A stretch of DNA of 64,000 bases from Burkholderiales bacterium (GTDB lineage: Bacteria; Pseudomonadota; Gammaproteobacteria; Burkholderiales; Burkholderiaceae_F), in contig OKRD01000013.1 in assembly GCA_900290335.1 (NCBI GenBank), positions 23,329-87,328 on the forward strand, in the 5' to 3' direction. Under the pieces are notes generated by a model that saw only the letters and a list, made by a program, of their open reading frames with translations, ran no database searches and had not been told where the DNA came from. Made by a program: the position numbers and the translations under genes. Positions 1 through 10,394 of the stretch are shown piece by piece. The stretch's first letter is position 1. The number at the start of each line of letters is the position of its first letter.

Positions 1-867
1 CCAGTCGTCGACGGCAGCCACGACCTTCTCAATCGCCACGTCGGGATCAAGGCCGCGCAGCGCGCGGGTGATGCGCGTCAGGCGCGTGCCAAAAACGAAG
101 GATTCCAAGCGGCAATTGGCGTTGGTCAGGGCGTGCAGAAAATGCAGGAAGACCCGCGAGTACCGGCTCACCGAGCCGGAAATATCGACGATGGCCACGA
201 GCGGCTCGGGCCGCAGCCGGCGGCGCCGCCGCGGCACCTCGATGAACTCGCCGCCGCGGCGGGCCGCGCCCCGCAGGGCGGCCGCCAGATCCGGCTGACG
301 GCCGCGTCGCGCCGGGGCATCGCGCCGAGTCGCCTGCAGCGCCAGGAACGGGTGCACCTCATCGATCATGCGCCGGGCGCAGCGCCACTCGAGTTCCGAC
401 ATCGTCTCGAAGTCTGCCTTGCGCAGCTGCTCGCGGTCGGACCACGTCCCCACCGCCGTGATCTCGGTTGGTTGCGCCTGTGGCGGCGAGGGCCGCGGCG
501 ACGCCACCGGGGGCGGTCGCAGCGCCGAATCCAGGCGCCGGCTGCGTTCCCGCGCGCGGTCGGCCGGCACGGCAACCTTGGGCAGCAGCAAGCGCATCAT
601 CTGCCCCAGGAGGTCGGGGTCGCGCCAGAAAACGGCGAAAGCCTGGTCGAACAGTGTTCTGTGCTCGGCCCGATCGATCAAGCACGCGAGCAGGGCGTCA
701 TGGACGTCTTGGCGGGAAGCGATACCAACGAGCGGCAGGGCATGCAAAGCCAGCGCGATCCGGTCCGTTCCTACCGGCAAGCCGGCAGCACGCAAGACGC
801 GTGCAAAGTGCACGACGTTGTGCGCCATGCGGCCGGAGGGGCCGGCTGCCGAAAGTGGCCGATGCAT
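1..867 (-). CDS. coxE: CoxE-like VWA-domain protein (runs off the left edge)
   Basis: Manual translation from ATG at 867 gives MHRPLSAAGPSGRMAHNVVHFARVLRAAGLPVG...FDQAFAVFWRDP and a MIDAS-like LVAIVDISGSVSRYSRVFLHFLHAL. It lies directly downstream of the MoxR ATPase. Confidence 0.85.
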   Translation of the reverse strand, partial: MHRPLSAAGPSGRMAHNVVHFARVLRAAGLPVGTDRIALALHALPLVGIASRQDVHDALLACLIDRAEHRTLFDQAFAVFWRDPDLLGQMMRLLLPKVAVPADRARERSRRLDSALRPPPVASPRPSPPQAQPTEITAVGTWSDREQLRKADFETMSELEWRCARRMIDEVHPFLALQATRRDAPARRGRQPDLAAALRGAARRGGEFIEVPRRRRRLRPEPLVAIVDISGSVSRYSRVFLHFLHALTNANCRLESFVFGTRLTRITRALRGLDPDVAIEKVVAAVDDW

Positions 868-881
868 TTGCCGGGAAAGCC

Positions 882-1922
882 CTACGTGCGGGTTGCCTCC
901 AGGCGCACACGCTCGAGCAGCCGGGCCACTTCCGAACCCTGCATCCGGGCAATGTCGTCCTGGTATTTGAGCAAGACGCCAAGCGTATTTTCTACGGCCA
1001 GCGGCTCGAGCGACACGGCATCCAGAGCGATCAGCGCGTGCGCCCACTCGATGGTCTCCGAGACGCCGGGGAGCTTGTACAAATCGATCTCGCGCATGGC
1101 CTGGACAAACGCCACCACTTGGCGGCTGAGCTCTGCGGAGCACTCGGGGGCCTTGCGCCGCAAGATGTCGAATTCGCGCGCCGCGTCGGGGTAGCCGACC
1201 CAGTGGTAGATGCAGCGCCGCTTCACAGCGTCGTGGATCTCGCGCGTGCGGTTGGACGTAATCACCACCAGGGGCGCCTGCTGCGCCTTCACCGTGGTCC
1301 ATTCCGGAATGGTGATCTGGAAGTCCGACAACACCTCGAGCAAAAATGCCTCGAACGGCTCATCCGCACGGTCGAGTTCGTCGATCAGCAGCACCGGGGC
1401 AACCGCATGGGGCTGCAAGGCACGCAGCAGCGGCCGGGCAATCAGGAAGCGCTCGGAAAAGAGTTCGCGGGCGATACTCTCGCGCCGTTCGCCGGCGCGC
1501 GCCGAGTCGGCCGCCACGCCAGGGTGCGCCTCGCCCAGGCGGATCTCGAGCATCTGGCGCGCATAGTTCCATTCGTAGGCCGCGTCGTGGATATCCAGCC
1601 CTTCGTAGCACTGCAGGCGGATCAATTCGGCCCCGAGCGCCAGGGCCAGCACCTTGGCAATTTCCGTCTTTCCGGTTCCCGGTTCGCCCTCGACAAACAG
1701 CGGCCGAGCTAGGCGCATGGCGAGAAAGACGGCAGTGGCCAGTGCTCGATCCGCGACGTAGTCGCCGCGCCCCAGCAGCTCGAGCGTCGCATCGACCGAA
1801 TCGACCGCATGGGCGCGCAGCCCTGTGGGCACAGAGCCGGCCGCGCGCGCCAGCGGCGTCGTTGCCTGCGGCAAGGCCTGCGCCGACGCGTCCTGCGGCC
1901 TCTCCAGCGGCACGCCCGTCAA
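882..1922 (-). CDS. coxD: MoxR-family AAA+ ATPase (CoxD-like)
   Basis: Walker A GEPGTGKT, RLQCYEGLD, Walker B LLIDELDRAD and TSNRTRE. Its start overlaps the coxM stop. Confidence 0.87.
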   Translation of the reverse strand: MTGVPLERPQDASAQALPQATTPLARAAGSVPTGLRAHAVDSVDATLELLGRGDYVADRALATAVFLAMRLARPLFVEGEPGTGKTEIAKVLALALGAELIRLQCYEGLDIHDAAYEWNYARQMLEIRLGEAHPGVAADSARAGERRESIARELFSERFLIARPLLRALQPHAVAPVLLIDELDRADEPFEAFLLEVLSDFQITIPEWTTVKAQQAPLVVITSNRTREIHDAVKRRCIYHWVGYPDAAREFDILRRKAPECSAELSRQVVAFVQAMREIDLYKLPGVSETIEWAHALIALDAVSLEPLAVENTLGVLLKYQDDIARMQGSEVARLLERVRLEATRT

Positions 1923-2707
1923 CCCAAGGCCCGCGCGACCGCTCTCTTCGCCAGTACCGGAATCAGGTGCGCGCGGTATGCGGCCGACCCGTGCAGATCA
2001 TCGTTCAAGCCGCTCGCGTCAACCGGCACGCCATCGCAGGATTCGGGCGCAAACTTGCGCGTGAGCGCAACTTCGAGCGCCTTGCAACGGAAAACGCAGC
2101 TCCCCGCGCCGGTCACCGCAACACGAACCCCGCCGCCCGTCTTGGCGACCATCACGCCGACCAGGGAAAAGCGCGACGCGGGCTGGTGGAACTTCTCATA
2201 CGCTGCGCGCTCCGGTATGGGAAAGTGCACCGCCGTGATGATTTCGCTGGGGCGCAACGCCGTCTCGAACATTCCGAGAAAGAAATCGTCGGCGGCAATC
2301 TGGCGCTGATCGGTCTGGACGGAGGCTCCCAGGCCGAGCACCGCGGCCGGGTAACACGCGGCCGGGTCGTTGTTGGCAAGCGACCCGCCGATAGTGCCGC
2401 AGGCGCGAACTTGCCGGTCGCCGATGCCGGCGGCAAGCTGCGCCAGCGCCGGGATGGCACGCGCAACCTCCTTCGAGGCAGCCACGCTGGCGTGCGTCGC
2501 CATGGCGCCAACGGAGACGCGCTGCGCATCGACCCGGATGCCATCGAGGCCCGCAATGCCACGCAGATCCACCAAGGAAGAAGGCGAGGCGAGGCCCAGT
2601 TTGATCGCCGCCACCAGCGACTGGCCCCCTGCCAGCAGCCGGGCCTCGCCGGCAAGCAGCTTGGCGGCCTCGGCAACCGAAGCGGGACGATGATATTGGG
2701 TTTCCAT
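1919..2707 (-). CDS. coxM: FAD-binding medium subunit of a xanthine dehydrogenase/CO dehydrogenase-family enzyme
   Basis: LAGGQSL, IGDRQVR..GTIGGSLANNDPAA motifs. Confidence 0.87.
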   Translation of the reverse strand: METQYHRPASVAEAAKLLAGEARLLAGGQSLVAAIKLGLASPSSLVDLRGIAGLDGIRVDAQRVSVGAMATHASVAASKEVARAIPALAQLAAGIGDRQVRACGTIGGSLANNDPAACYPAAVLGLGASVQTDQRQIAADDFFLGMFETALRPSEIITAVHFPIPERAAYEKFHQPASRFSLVGVMVAKTGGGVRVAVTGAGSCVFRCKALEVALTRKFAPESCDGVPVDASGLNDDLHGSAAYRAHLIPVLAKRAVARALG

Positions 2708-2719
2708 GAGCGTCTCTCC

Positions 2720-5080
2720 TTAGTGCTTGGCCGCGGCCTGGATCGCCGTCCACACCGCGTAGGGCGAGGCGGGCATCGGTACATCGCGCACGCCCAGCGA
2801 CGTGAGGGCATCGGTGATCGCGTTCATGACCGCCGGCGGGCTGCCAATGGCGCCCGCCTCCCCGCAACCCTTGACGCCCAGGGGATTGTGCGTGCAGGGC
2901 GTTCCGGCGAGGGTCTCGACCTTCACGCTGGGCAGATCGTCGGCGCGCGGCATCGCGTAGTCCATGTAGCTGCCGCTCAGCAGCTGTCCTTCCTCGTCGT
3001 AGCGGCATGCCTCCAGCAGGGCCTGCCCCAGACCCTGCGCAACCCCGCCCTGTACCTGGCCCTCCACGATCATCGGATTGACGACGTTGCCGAAGTCGTC
3101 GCACGCGGTGAAGCGGTCCACGCGCACCTGGCCGGTAGCCGGGTCGACCTCGACCTCGCAGATGTACGAGCCGGCCGGGTAGGTGAAGTTGGTCGGATCG
3201 TAGAAGGCGTTTTCGTTCAGGCCAGGCTCAAGCTTGTCGAGGGGGTAGTTGTGCGGAACGTAGGCGGTAAGGGCGATCTCCGCGAACGCCTTCTTGCGAT
3301 CGGTCCCGACAACACGGAACTCACCGCCGGAAAACTCGATGTCGGCATCGGAAGCCTCGAGCAAATGCGCGGCGATCTTCCTGCCCTTGGCAATGATCTT
3401 GTCGACTGCCTTGACGATCGCGGTCCCGCCGACCGCCAGCGAGCGGCTGCCATAGGTTCCCATGCCGAAGAGCACCTTCGCGGTGTCGCCATGCTGAATG
3501 TCGACGTCCTCGAATGGGATACCCAGCCGGGCGGCGACGACCTGCGAGAAGGTGGTCTCGTGCCCCTGACCATGGCTGTGCGAGCCGGTGAAGACCGTGA
3601 CCTTGCCGGTCGGGTGCACCCGGACCTCGGCCGCCTCGTACAGGCCCGCGCGGGCCCCCAAGGCGCCGGCAATATTGGACGGCGCGAGCCCGCAGGCCTC
3701 GATGTAGCAGGAGTATCCGATTCCGCGCAGCAGCCCCTTGCCTGCGCTGGCGGCACGCCGGGCGGCAAAGCCATCGACATCGGCGATCTTTTGGGCCCGC
3801 GCCAGCGTCGCTTCGTAGTCGCCGGTATCGTAGGTCAGTCCCACGGGCGAGGCGAAGGGAAACGTGCGCACGAAATTGCGCCGGCGCAGCTCCGCCGGGT
3901 CGATCTTGAGCTCGCGCGCGGCCATCTCGACGATCCGCTCGACCAGATAGGTCGCCTCGGGCCGGCCGGCGCCGCGATACGCATCGACGGGTGCCGTGTT
4001 CGTGAACACGGCCTGCACCTCGCAGTAGATCGCCGGCGTCGCGTACTGCCCGGACAGCAGGGTTCCATAGAGAATCGTCGGAACGCAGGAGCCGAAGGTC
4101 GACAGGTAGGCGCCGACGTTGGCCGTGGTGTGCACCCGCAGCCCGAGGAACTTGCCGTCCTTGTCCAGCGCCAGCTCGGCGCGCGTGACGTGGTCGCGAC
4201 CGTGCGCGTCCGACAGAAAGCTCTCGCTGCGCTCGGCAGTCCATTTAATCGGGCGGCCGATGCGCTTGCTGGCCCAGACGAGCGCCGTTTCCTCCGCGTA
4301 CAGGAAGATCTTCGAGCCAAAGCCCCCGCCCACGTCCGGAGCGACCACGCGCACCTTGTGCTCGGGCAAGCCCAGAACGAACGCTGTCATCAGCAGGCGT
4401 TCGACGTGCGGATTCTGGTTGGCCACGTACAGCGTGTAGCTGTCGTCGGCCCGCGAGTACCCGGCATTGGCGGCACGTGGTTCGATGGCGTTGGGGATCA
4501 GCCGGTTGTTGACATATTCCATCGTGGTCACGTGCGCGGCGCGGGCGAAGGCCGCATCGGCAGCGGACTTGTCGCCGCAGCCCCAGGTGAAGCAGACGTT
4601 GTTCGGCGCCTGGTCATGCACGGCCGTGCCGGCCTGCGCTGCCGTGGCCGTGCGGGCGACGGCCGGCAGGGGGTCGTAGTCCACTTCGACCAAAGCCGCC
4701 GCGGCGCGGGCCTGGAGGAGCGTGTCGGCCACCACCAGCGCGATCGCTTCGCCGACGTAGCGCACCTTGTCTTCGGCCAGCACCGGATGCTTGGGTTCCT
4801 TCATCGGCGTGCCGTCGAGCGAATGGATCAGCCATCCGCAAGGCAGGCTGCCGACCGCGGCCATGTCCTTGCCGGTGATGATCCCCAACACGCCGGGCGC
4901 GCGCGCGGCCTTTGCCGTGTCGACGCCGCGCAGGCGCGCGTGGGCGTGCTGGCTGCGAACAAAGACCCCGTAGCTCTGGTTGGGCAGGACAATGTCGTCG
5001 GTGTACTGTCCCCTGCCGGTCAGGAAACGGTAATCCTCCTTGCGCTCGATCGAGCGGCCGATCAGTCCGGGTGCACCCAT
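2720..5080 (-). CDS. coxL: Molybdopterin-binding large subunit, form II CoxL-like (substrate uncertain)
   Basis: Starts [16 protein letters not shown] with an RBS (GAGGAG). Motifs VGGGFGSK, active-site loop AYRGAGR (form II type), HGQGHET and KGCGEAG. Confidence 0.88.
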   Translation of the reverse strand: MGAPGLIGRSIERKEDYRFLTGRGQYTDDIVLPNQSYGVFVRSQHAHARLRGVDTAKAARAPGVLGIITGKDMAAVGSLPCGWLIHSLDGTPMKEPKHPVLAEDKVRYVGEAIALVVADTLLQARAAAALVEVDYDPLPAVARTATAAQAGTAVHDQAPNNVCFTWGCGDKSAADAAFARAAHVTTMEYVNNRLIPNAIEPRAANAGYSRADDSYTLYVANQNPHVERLLMTAFVLGLPEHKVRVVAPDVGGGFGSKIFLYAEETALVWASKRIGRPIKWTAERSESFLSDAHGRDHVTRAELALDKDGKFLGLRVHTTANVGAYLSTFGSCVPTILYGTLLSGQYATPAIYCEVQAVFTNTAPVDAYRGAGRPEATYLVERIVEMAARELKIDPAELRRRNFVRTFPFASPVGLTYDTGDYEATLARAQKIADVDGFAARRAASAGKGLLRGIGYSCYIEACGLAPSNIAGALGARAGLYEAAEVRVHPTGKVTVFTGSHSHGQGHETTFSQVVAARLGIPFEDVDIQHGDTAKVLFGMGTYGSRSLAVGGTAIVKAVDKIIAKGRKIAAHLLEASDADIEFSGGEFRVVGTDRKKAFAEIALTAYVPHNYPLDKLEPGLNENAFYDPTNFTYPAGSYICEVEVDPATGQVRVDRFTACDDFGNVVNPMIVEGQVQGGVAQGLGQALLEACRYDEEGQLLSGSYMDYAMPRADDLPSVKVETLAGTPCTHNPLGVKGCGEAGAIGSPPAVMNAITDALTSLGVRDVPMPASPYAVWTAIQAAAKH

Positions 5081-5090
5081 CGCGGTCTCC

Positions 5091-5564
5091 TCACAAACCC
5101 ATGGCCTTCGCGCCTTGCGCGACGGCCTTGACGATATTCTGGTACCCGGTACAGCGGCAGAAATTGCCATCCAGGCCCGACCGAATCTGCGCCTCGGTGG
5201 CATGCGGGTGGTGCGCCACCAGATCGAGCGCGCTCATCACCATCCCCGGCGTGCAGTAACCGCATTGCAGGCCGTGGCAGGCTCGAAATGCCTCCTGCAT
5301 GGGGTGCAGCGTTCCGTCGTCGGGCGTGACGCCCTCGATGGTCGTAACCTCGCTTCCGGCCGCCTGCAGCGCGAGGACATTGCAGCTCTTGACCGCGCGC
5401 CCGTTCACGTGGACCGTGCAAGCGCCGCACTGGGCGGTATCGCAGCCGATGTGCGTTCCCGTCAGCCGCAGCTCCTCCCGAAGAAACGTCGAAAGCAGTG
5501 TCGTCGCACTGACCTCCGCCGATACCGCGCGCCCGTTGACCTGCAGTTGGATTTTGTGCGTCAT
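5091..5564 (-). CDS. coxS: 2x[2Fe-2S] small subunit (CoxS-like)
   Basis: [12 protein letters not shown] and QCGYC...NFCRCTGY cysteine motifs; start ATG at 5564. Confidence 0.9.
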   Translation of the reverse strand: MTHKIQLQVNGRAVSAEVSATTLLSTFLREELRLTGTHIGCDTAQCGACTVHVNGRAVKSCNVLALQAAGSEVTTIEGVTPDDGTLHPMQEAFRACHGLQCGYCTPGMVMSALDLVAHHPHATEAQIRSGLDGNFCRCTGYQNIVKAVAQGAKAMGL

Positions 5565-5626
5565 CTTCTCGTCCCCCCCGATGGCATCCGATGCCAAAGC
5601 GTCGCGCCGATCATAGACCGAAGAAT

Positions 5627-5664
5627 CGCCGCAACGCAGCTCCTGTTCGTTGTGCATTGCAGAA
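5627..5664. promoter_or_regulatory. Candidate operator in the coxS/xdhC divergent intergenic region
   Basis: Near-palindrome TTGTGCATTGCAGAA (5650-5664) and a weaker GC-N3-GC copy CGCCGCAACGCAGC (5627-5640). These lie between putative -10 boxes TATGAT (minus, 5610-5615) and CATAAT (plus, 5741-5746). Confidence 0.35.
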
Positions 5665-5799
5665 TCGGCCGTGCCCTGTCGCCCTGCCGTGCTGGCAACA
5701 CTTCCTGTTATCGTGACGCGAACACGGGTGCGCGGCAGGCCATAATCTCGGCATGGCTATCGCGGCCCTTTCGTTCCACCAGCATCGAGGCACATAGCC

Positions 5800-6804
5800 A
5801 TGGACAGTGTCGACACCCAAGTCCTGAAGAAAGCCCAAGAGTGGATCGCGGCGGGCCAGCGTGGCGTGCTGGGCACGGTCGTGCGGACCTGGGGTTCGGC
5901 GCCGCGCCCGATCGGCGCGCTGGTTGCCATTCGCGGCGACGGCCAGATCGTGGGCTCGGTTTCCGGCGGGTGCATCGAGGATGATCTCGTCGACAAGATC
6001 CGCACCGGCTCCCTGCAGCTGGAGCGGCCGCAACGCGTGAAGTACGGGGTCAGCGCCGAGGAGGCCAACCGCTTCGGCTTGCCCTGCGGCGGAACGCTCG
6101 AACTGGTGCTCGAGCCGCTCACGGCGCAATCAAAGGTCGACGCCCTGCTGCAGCGGGTTGCGGCCGGGGAGCAGACGGCGCGCCGGCTCGACCTGCGCAG
6201 CGGCGAGGTTACCCTGAGCGACGGGCAAGGCGTCGCCGCGCTCGCGGTCGATGAATCGGCGCTGGTCAGCGTGCATGGACCGAGCTGGCGCCTGTTGATC
6301 ATCGGCGCCGGACAGCTGACGCAATACCTGGCGGAGATGGCCCTCGCCCTTGATTACCAGGTGCTGATCTGCGATCCGCGGGAGGAGTACGCCGATGCCT
6401 GGTCGGTGGCGGGGACGACCCTGCTGCGCACCATGCCCGACGACACGGTGGTCGAGTGCCGGCCGGACCGGCACACCGCGATCGTGGCGCTCACGCACGA
6501 CCCCAAGCTCGATGACCTCGCATTAATGGAAGCGCTGCGCTCGGCGGCCTTCTATGTCGGGGCGATCGGATCGCGCAAGAACCAGGAAAAGCGCAAGGAG
6601 CGACTCAAGGAGTTCGGTGTCACCGATGCCCAACTCGCTCGACTGTTCGGCCCAGTCGGGCTCAAGAATGGCGCGCGCACACCGTCGGAGATCGCAGTGT
6701 CGATCCTGGCGGAACTGACCGCGGTCAAATACGGCTATCACATTCCGCAACCCGTCGCGGGCGGGGTCCTGGCGGCGATCGAAGCCGGCTGCGCGAGCCC
6801 CTGA
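5800..6804 (+). CDS. xdhC: XdhC/CoxI-family molybdenum cofactor insertion chaperone
   Basis: TWGSAPRPIG, GSVSGGCIE, GLPCGG, THDPKLDD, YVGAIGSR and PVGL motifs. Confidence 0.9.
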   Translation: MDSVDTQVLKKAQEWIAAGQRGVLGTVVRTWGSAPRPIGALVAIRGDGQIVGSVSGGCIEDDLVDKIRTGSLQLERPQRVKYGVSAEEANRFGLPCGGTLELVLEPLTAQSKVDALLQRVAAGEQTARRLDLRSGEVTLSDGQGVAALAVDESALVSVHGPSWRLLIIGAGQLTQYLAEMALALDYQVLICDPREEYADAWSVAGTTLLRTMPDDTVVECRPDRHTAIVALTHDPKLDDLALMEALRSAAFYVGAIGSRKNQEKRKERLKEFGVTDAQLARLFGPVGLKNGARTPSEIAVSILAELTAVKYGYHIPQPVAGGVLAAIEAGCASP

Positions 6805-6806
6805 TC

Positions 6807-7892
6807 TCAGGTGTTGGAGACCTTGATCGCCGGCATCTTGGCCGAGAGATCGCGCGCGCGCTCGGCAATGCGGACCGCAACCCGGCGCGCGATCGCTTGG
6901 TAGGCCCGGGCAATTTCGCCGTCGGGTTCGGCCACCACGGTCGGCGTTCCGCCGTCGGTGTGCTCACGAATGCGTATGTCCAGGGGCAGGGAGCCGAGCA
7001 CTTCCACCGAGAATTGCCGCGCCATCTTTTCGGCGCCGCCGAAGCCGAAGATGTGCTCCTCGTGGCCGCATTGGGAGCAGATGTGGGTCGCCATGTTTTC
7101 CACAAGGCCAAGAATCGGCACGCCGACCTTCTCGAACATGCGCAGGCCCTTGGACGCATCGAGTAGCGCAATATCCTGTGGGGTGGTCACGATGACCGCG
7201 CCGGTGACTGGCACCTGCTGCGCCAGGGTGAGTTGAATGTCGCCCGTGCCGGGGGGCATGTCGATGACCAGGTAGTCAAGATCGCGCCAGTTGGTAAGGG
7301 TCAGCAACTGCTGCAGTGCCGATGTCACCATCGGACCGCGCCATACCATGGGCTGATCCGGATCGATGAGAAAACCGATCGAACTGGCCTGGATGCCGTG
7401 CCCCTCGAGCGGATCAAAGGTCTTGCCGTCCGCGCTCTTGGGCTGGCCCACGATACCCAGCATCGTCGGTTGGCTCGGCCCATAGATGTCGGCATCGAGC
7501 ATCCCGACACGCGCCCCTTCGGCAGCCAGGGCCAAGGCCAGGTTGGCCGCCACCGTGCTCTTGCCCACGCCGCCCTTGCCCGAGGCGACCGCGATGATGT
7601 TGCGCACGTTGGGCATGACCTTGAGCCCGCGCTGCACCGTGTGCGCGACGATCTTCCAAGACACGTCGGCATGCACGGCGCTGGCGCCGGCGGCCTGCAG
7701 CGCCTGGATTACCCGCGTGCGGATCGACTCGATCTGGCTGGCCGCGGGGTAACCAAGCTCGACTTGCAGGCGCACGACGCCCCCCTCGACGCGCACGTTG
7801 CGCACCGCGCGCGAGCTCACCAGGTCGGTCCCCGTATTCGGGTCGATCAGGCCTGCCAGAACTGCATTGACCTGCTCCAGTTCGATTGCCAT
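6807..7892 (-). CDS. apbC: Fe-S cluster carrier ATPase ApbC/Mrp
   Basis: [32 protein letters not shown] and ENM..CxxC. Confidence 0.95.
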   Translation of the reverse strand: MAIELEQVNAVLAGLIDPNTGTDLVSSRAVRNVRVEGGVVRLQVELGYPAASQIESIRTRVIQALQAAGASAVHADVSWKIVAHTVQRGLKVMPNVRNIIAVASGKGGVGKSTVAANLALALAAEGARVGMLDADIYGPSQPTMLGIVGQPKSADGKTFDPLEGHGIQASSIGFLIDPDQPMVWRGPMVTSALQQLLTLTNWRDLDYLVIDMPPGTGDIQLTLAQQVPVTGAVIVTTPQDIALLDASKGLRMFEKVGVPILGLVENMATHICSQCGHEEHIFGFGGAEKMARQFSVEVLGSLPLDIRIREHTDGGTPTVVAEPDGEIARAYQAIARRVAVRIAERARDLSAKMPAIKVSNT

Positions 7893-8089
7893 GTGCCCGC
7901 CGCGTAACGCGCTCCCCTGCATCTGATGAAAACAACGCAAGCATACGGCACTCGCCCCAGGGAAAACCCTTCCGGCTGATAGACTGCACACGCGACCGCG
8001 GTTACCGCGCCGCGGCCGCAAGTGCTGGCGCGCGCCAGCCGCGCTGCGCGCCCTCCCATGGATCGTTCCGCCTCGCAATGACGGCGCAA

Positions 8090-10144
8090 ATGACGCAACG
8101 AGAACTGTTCGTGACCACGGCGCTCCCCTACGCCAACGGAGCGCTGCATGTCGGCCATATCATGGAGTACATCCAGGCCGACATCTGGGTCCGCTTCCAG
8201 CGCCTGCGCGGCCACACCGTGCATTTTGTCGGCGCCGACGACGCCCACGGCGCGCCCATCATGATCGCTGCGGAGAAGGCCGGCAATACGCCGCAACAGT
8301 TTGTCGCCGCCATCGCCGCCTCGCGCAAGCCCTACCTCGATGGCTTCCTGATCGGCTTCGACCACTGGCATTCGACCGAATCGCCGGAAAATACCGAGCT
8401 GTCGCAGGACATCTACCGGCGGCTGCGCGCGGCGGGTCTGATTTCGACCCGCGCGATCGAGCAGTTTTACGATCCCGTCAAGCAGATGTTTCTGCCGGAC
8501 CGCTACATCCGCGGAGAATGCCCGCGCTGCGGCGCCAAGGACCAGTACGGCGACGCCTGCGAAGTCTGCGGCGCGGTATACGCGCCGACCGACCTGAAGA
8601 ACCCGACTTCGGCGCTCTCGGGTGCGGTGCCCGAGCTGCGCACGTCCGAGCACTACTTTTTTCGCCTCTCTGACGAGCGCTGCCGCCAGTTCCTGCGCGA
8701 GTGGATCGCCGGCGGGCGCCTGCAGCCCGAGGTCGCCAACAAGGCGCGCGAGTGGCTCGAAGGCGATGTGGCGCTGGCCGACTGGGACATTTCCCGCGAC
8801 GCGCCCTACTTCGGCATCGCCATCCCCGACGCGCCGGGAAAGTTCTTCTACGTCTGGCTCGACGCACCCATCGGCTACCTGGCGGCGCTCAAGGCCTATT
8901 GCACCCGCCGGGGCATCGACTTCGAGGGCGTGCTGCAGAACCCGCGTACCGAGCAGATCCACTTCATCGGCAAAGACATCATCTATTTCCACACCCTCTT
9001 CTGGCCGGCGATGCTGCGCTTTGCCGGCAAGCCCTACAAGGTACCGGACCGGGTGTACGTGCACGGGTTCATCACGGTGAGCGGCGAGAAGATGTCCAAG
9101 AGCCGCGGTACCGGCATCGATCCGCTGCGCTACCTGGAACTGGGCATGAATCCCGAGTGGCTGCGGTATTACATCGCCGCCAAGCTCAACGCCCATGTCG
9201 AGGATCTTGATTTTCATGCCGATGACTTCCTGCAGCGGGTCAACAGCGACCTGATTGGCAAGTACGTGAACATCGCCAGTCGCGCCGCGAGCTTTGTCAC
9301 GCGCTACTTCGAGGGACGGGTGGTCGAGCCGGCCTCGGACCCGGAGTGGACGGCACTGGCGCCCGAGGCCGTCGACGCCGAGATCGCGCAGGCCTACGAG
9401 GGGCGCGAATTCGGCAAGGCGGTGCGCCTGGCAATGGCTTTTGCCGACCAGATCAACCGGCAGTTCGACGCAGCAAGGCCGTGGGAGCTGGCAAAGGATC
9501 CCGCGCAGCGCGAGCCGCTGCACCGGGTCTGCTCGCGCTGCCTGAACGGCTTCCAGTACCTGACGCGGTGGCTCAAGCCGATCCTGCCGGCGCTGGCGCG
9601 GACGGCCGAAGAATTTCTCGGCTGCGGCCAACTGCGCTGGGAGGGAGCGCTCGCGCCGCTGACGCGCATCGGCGCCTACCAGCACCTGATGCAACGGGTT
9701 GAGAAAAAACAGCTCGACGCCCTCTTTGCGCTGCCCGAGGCAGCGCCGGAAGCGGCGAGCCCGGCGCCAGCGAGCGCGGCGTCGCAGCACCGGCAGCTGG
9801 CCACGACGATTTCCATCGACGATTTCGCGCGCGTGGACTTGCGCGTTGCACGCATTCTCGCGGCCGAGGATGTCGAGGGCAGCGACAAGCTGCTGCGGCT
9901 GACGCTCGACATCGGCGAGGCAAAGCCGCGAACCGTGCTGTCCGGGATCAAGGCGGCGTACCAGCCCGCCGAGCTGACCGGCAAGCTCACGGTCCTGGTC
10001 GCCAACCTGGCGCCACGCAAGATGAAGTTCGGTGTCAGTGAGGGCATGGTGCTAGCCGCGAGCGACGCGGACGGCAAGACGCCAGCGGGCATTTTCCTGC
10101 TGGAGCCGCATCCCGGCGCGCAACCAGGGATGCAAGTCAAGTGA
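8090..10144 (+). CDS. metG: Methionine--tRNA ligase
   Basis: [13 protein letters not shown], Zn knuckles, KMSKS and a C-terminal tRNA-binding domain. Alternative start at 8078. Confidence 0.97.
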   Translation: MTQRELFVTTALPYANGALHVGHIMEYIQADIWVRFQRLRGHTVHFVGADDAHGAPIMIAAEKAGNTPQQFVAAIAASRKPYLDGFLIGFDHWHSTESPENTELSQDIYRRLRAAGLISTRAIEQFYDPVKQMFLPDRYIRGECPRCGAKDQYGDACEVCGAVYAPTDLKNPTSALSGAVPELRTSEHYFFRLSDERCRQFLREWIAGGRLQPEVANKAREWLEGDVALADWDISRDAPYFGIAIPDAPGKFFYVWLDAPIGYLAALKAYCTRRGIDFEGVLQNPRTEQIHFIGKDIIYFHTLFWPAMLRFAGKPYKVPDRVYVHGFITVSGEKMSKSRGTGIDPLRYLELGMNPEWLRYYIAAKLNAHVEDLDFHADDFLQRVNSDLIGKYVNIASRAASFVTRYFEGRVVEPASDPEWTALAPEAVDAEIAQAYEGREFGKAVRLAMAFADQINRQFDAARPWELAKDPAQREPLHRVCSRCLNGFQYLTRWLKPILPALARTAEEFLGCGQLRWEGALAPLTRIGAYQHLMQRVEKKQLDALFALPEAAPEAASPAPASAASQHRQLATTISIDDFARVDLRVARILAAEDVEGSDKLLRLTLDIGEAKPRTVLSGIKAAYQPAELTGKLTVLVANLAPRKMKFGVSEGMVLAASDADGKTPAGIFLLEPHPGAQPGMQVK

Positions 10145-10181
10145 TCGGGCGCGATCGCGCCAAGAGCCGAGGGGCAAAACG

Positions 10182-10394
10182 ATGGCAACGTACGAATCCG
10201 AACTGACGAAGTTTCTGCGGGCGATGAAGCAGGGCCAGCCGGGCCTCGAGGACCGGCAGCGTGAAGGAAGGGCGCTTTGGTGGGATCGGCATCCCGATCC
10301 CGATGATATGCAGCGCTGGAAGGCCTCGCGCGTGCCCCAGCCGGCGTACGTGTATTACGCCCCCGAACCCGTCAAGCCGGCTGCAGGCTCATGA
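10182..10394 (+). CDS. Small conserved protein, DUF3460-like
   Basis: YESELTKFL...QREGRALWWD...VPQPAYVY pattern recalled for this Burkholderiales family. Its 3' end overlaps putA by 23 nt. Confidence 0.72.
   Translation: MATYESELTKFLRAMKQGQPGLEDRQREGRALWWDRHPDPDDMQRWKASRVPQPAYVYYAPEPVKPAAGS

Noticed and set aside
1346-5131. 1261-aa plus-strand ORF
   Set aside because: Antisense shadow of coxD/M/L in high-GC DNA; no recognisable motifs.
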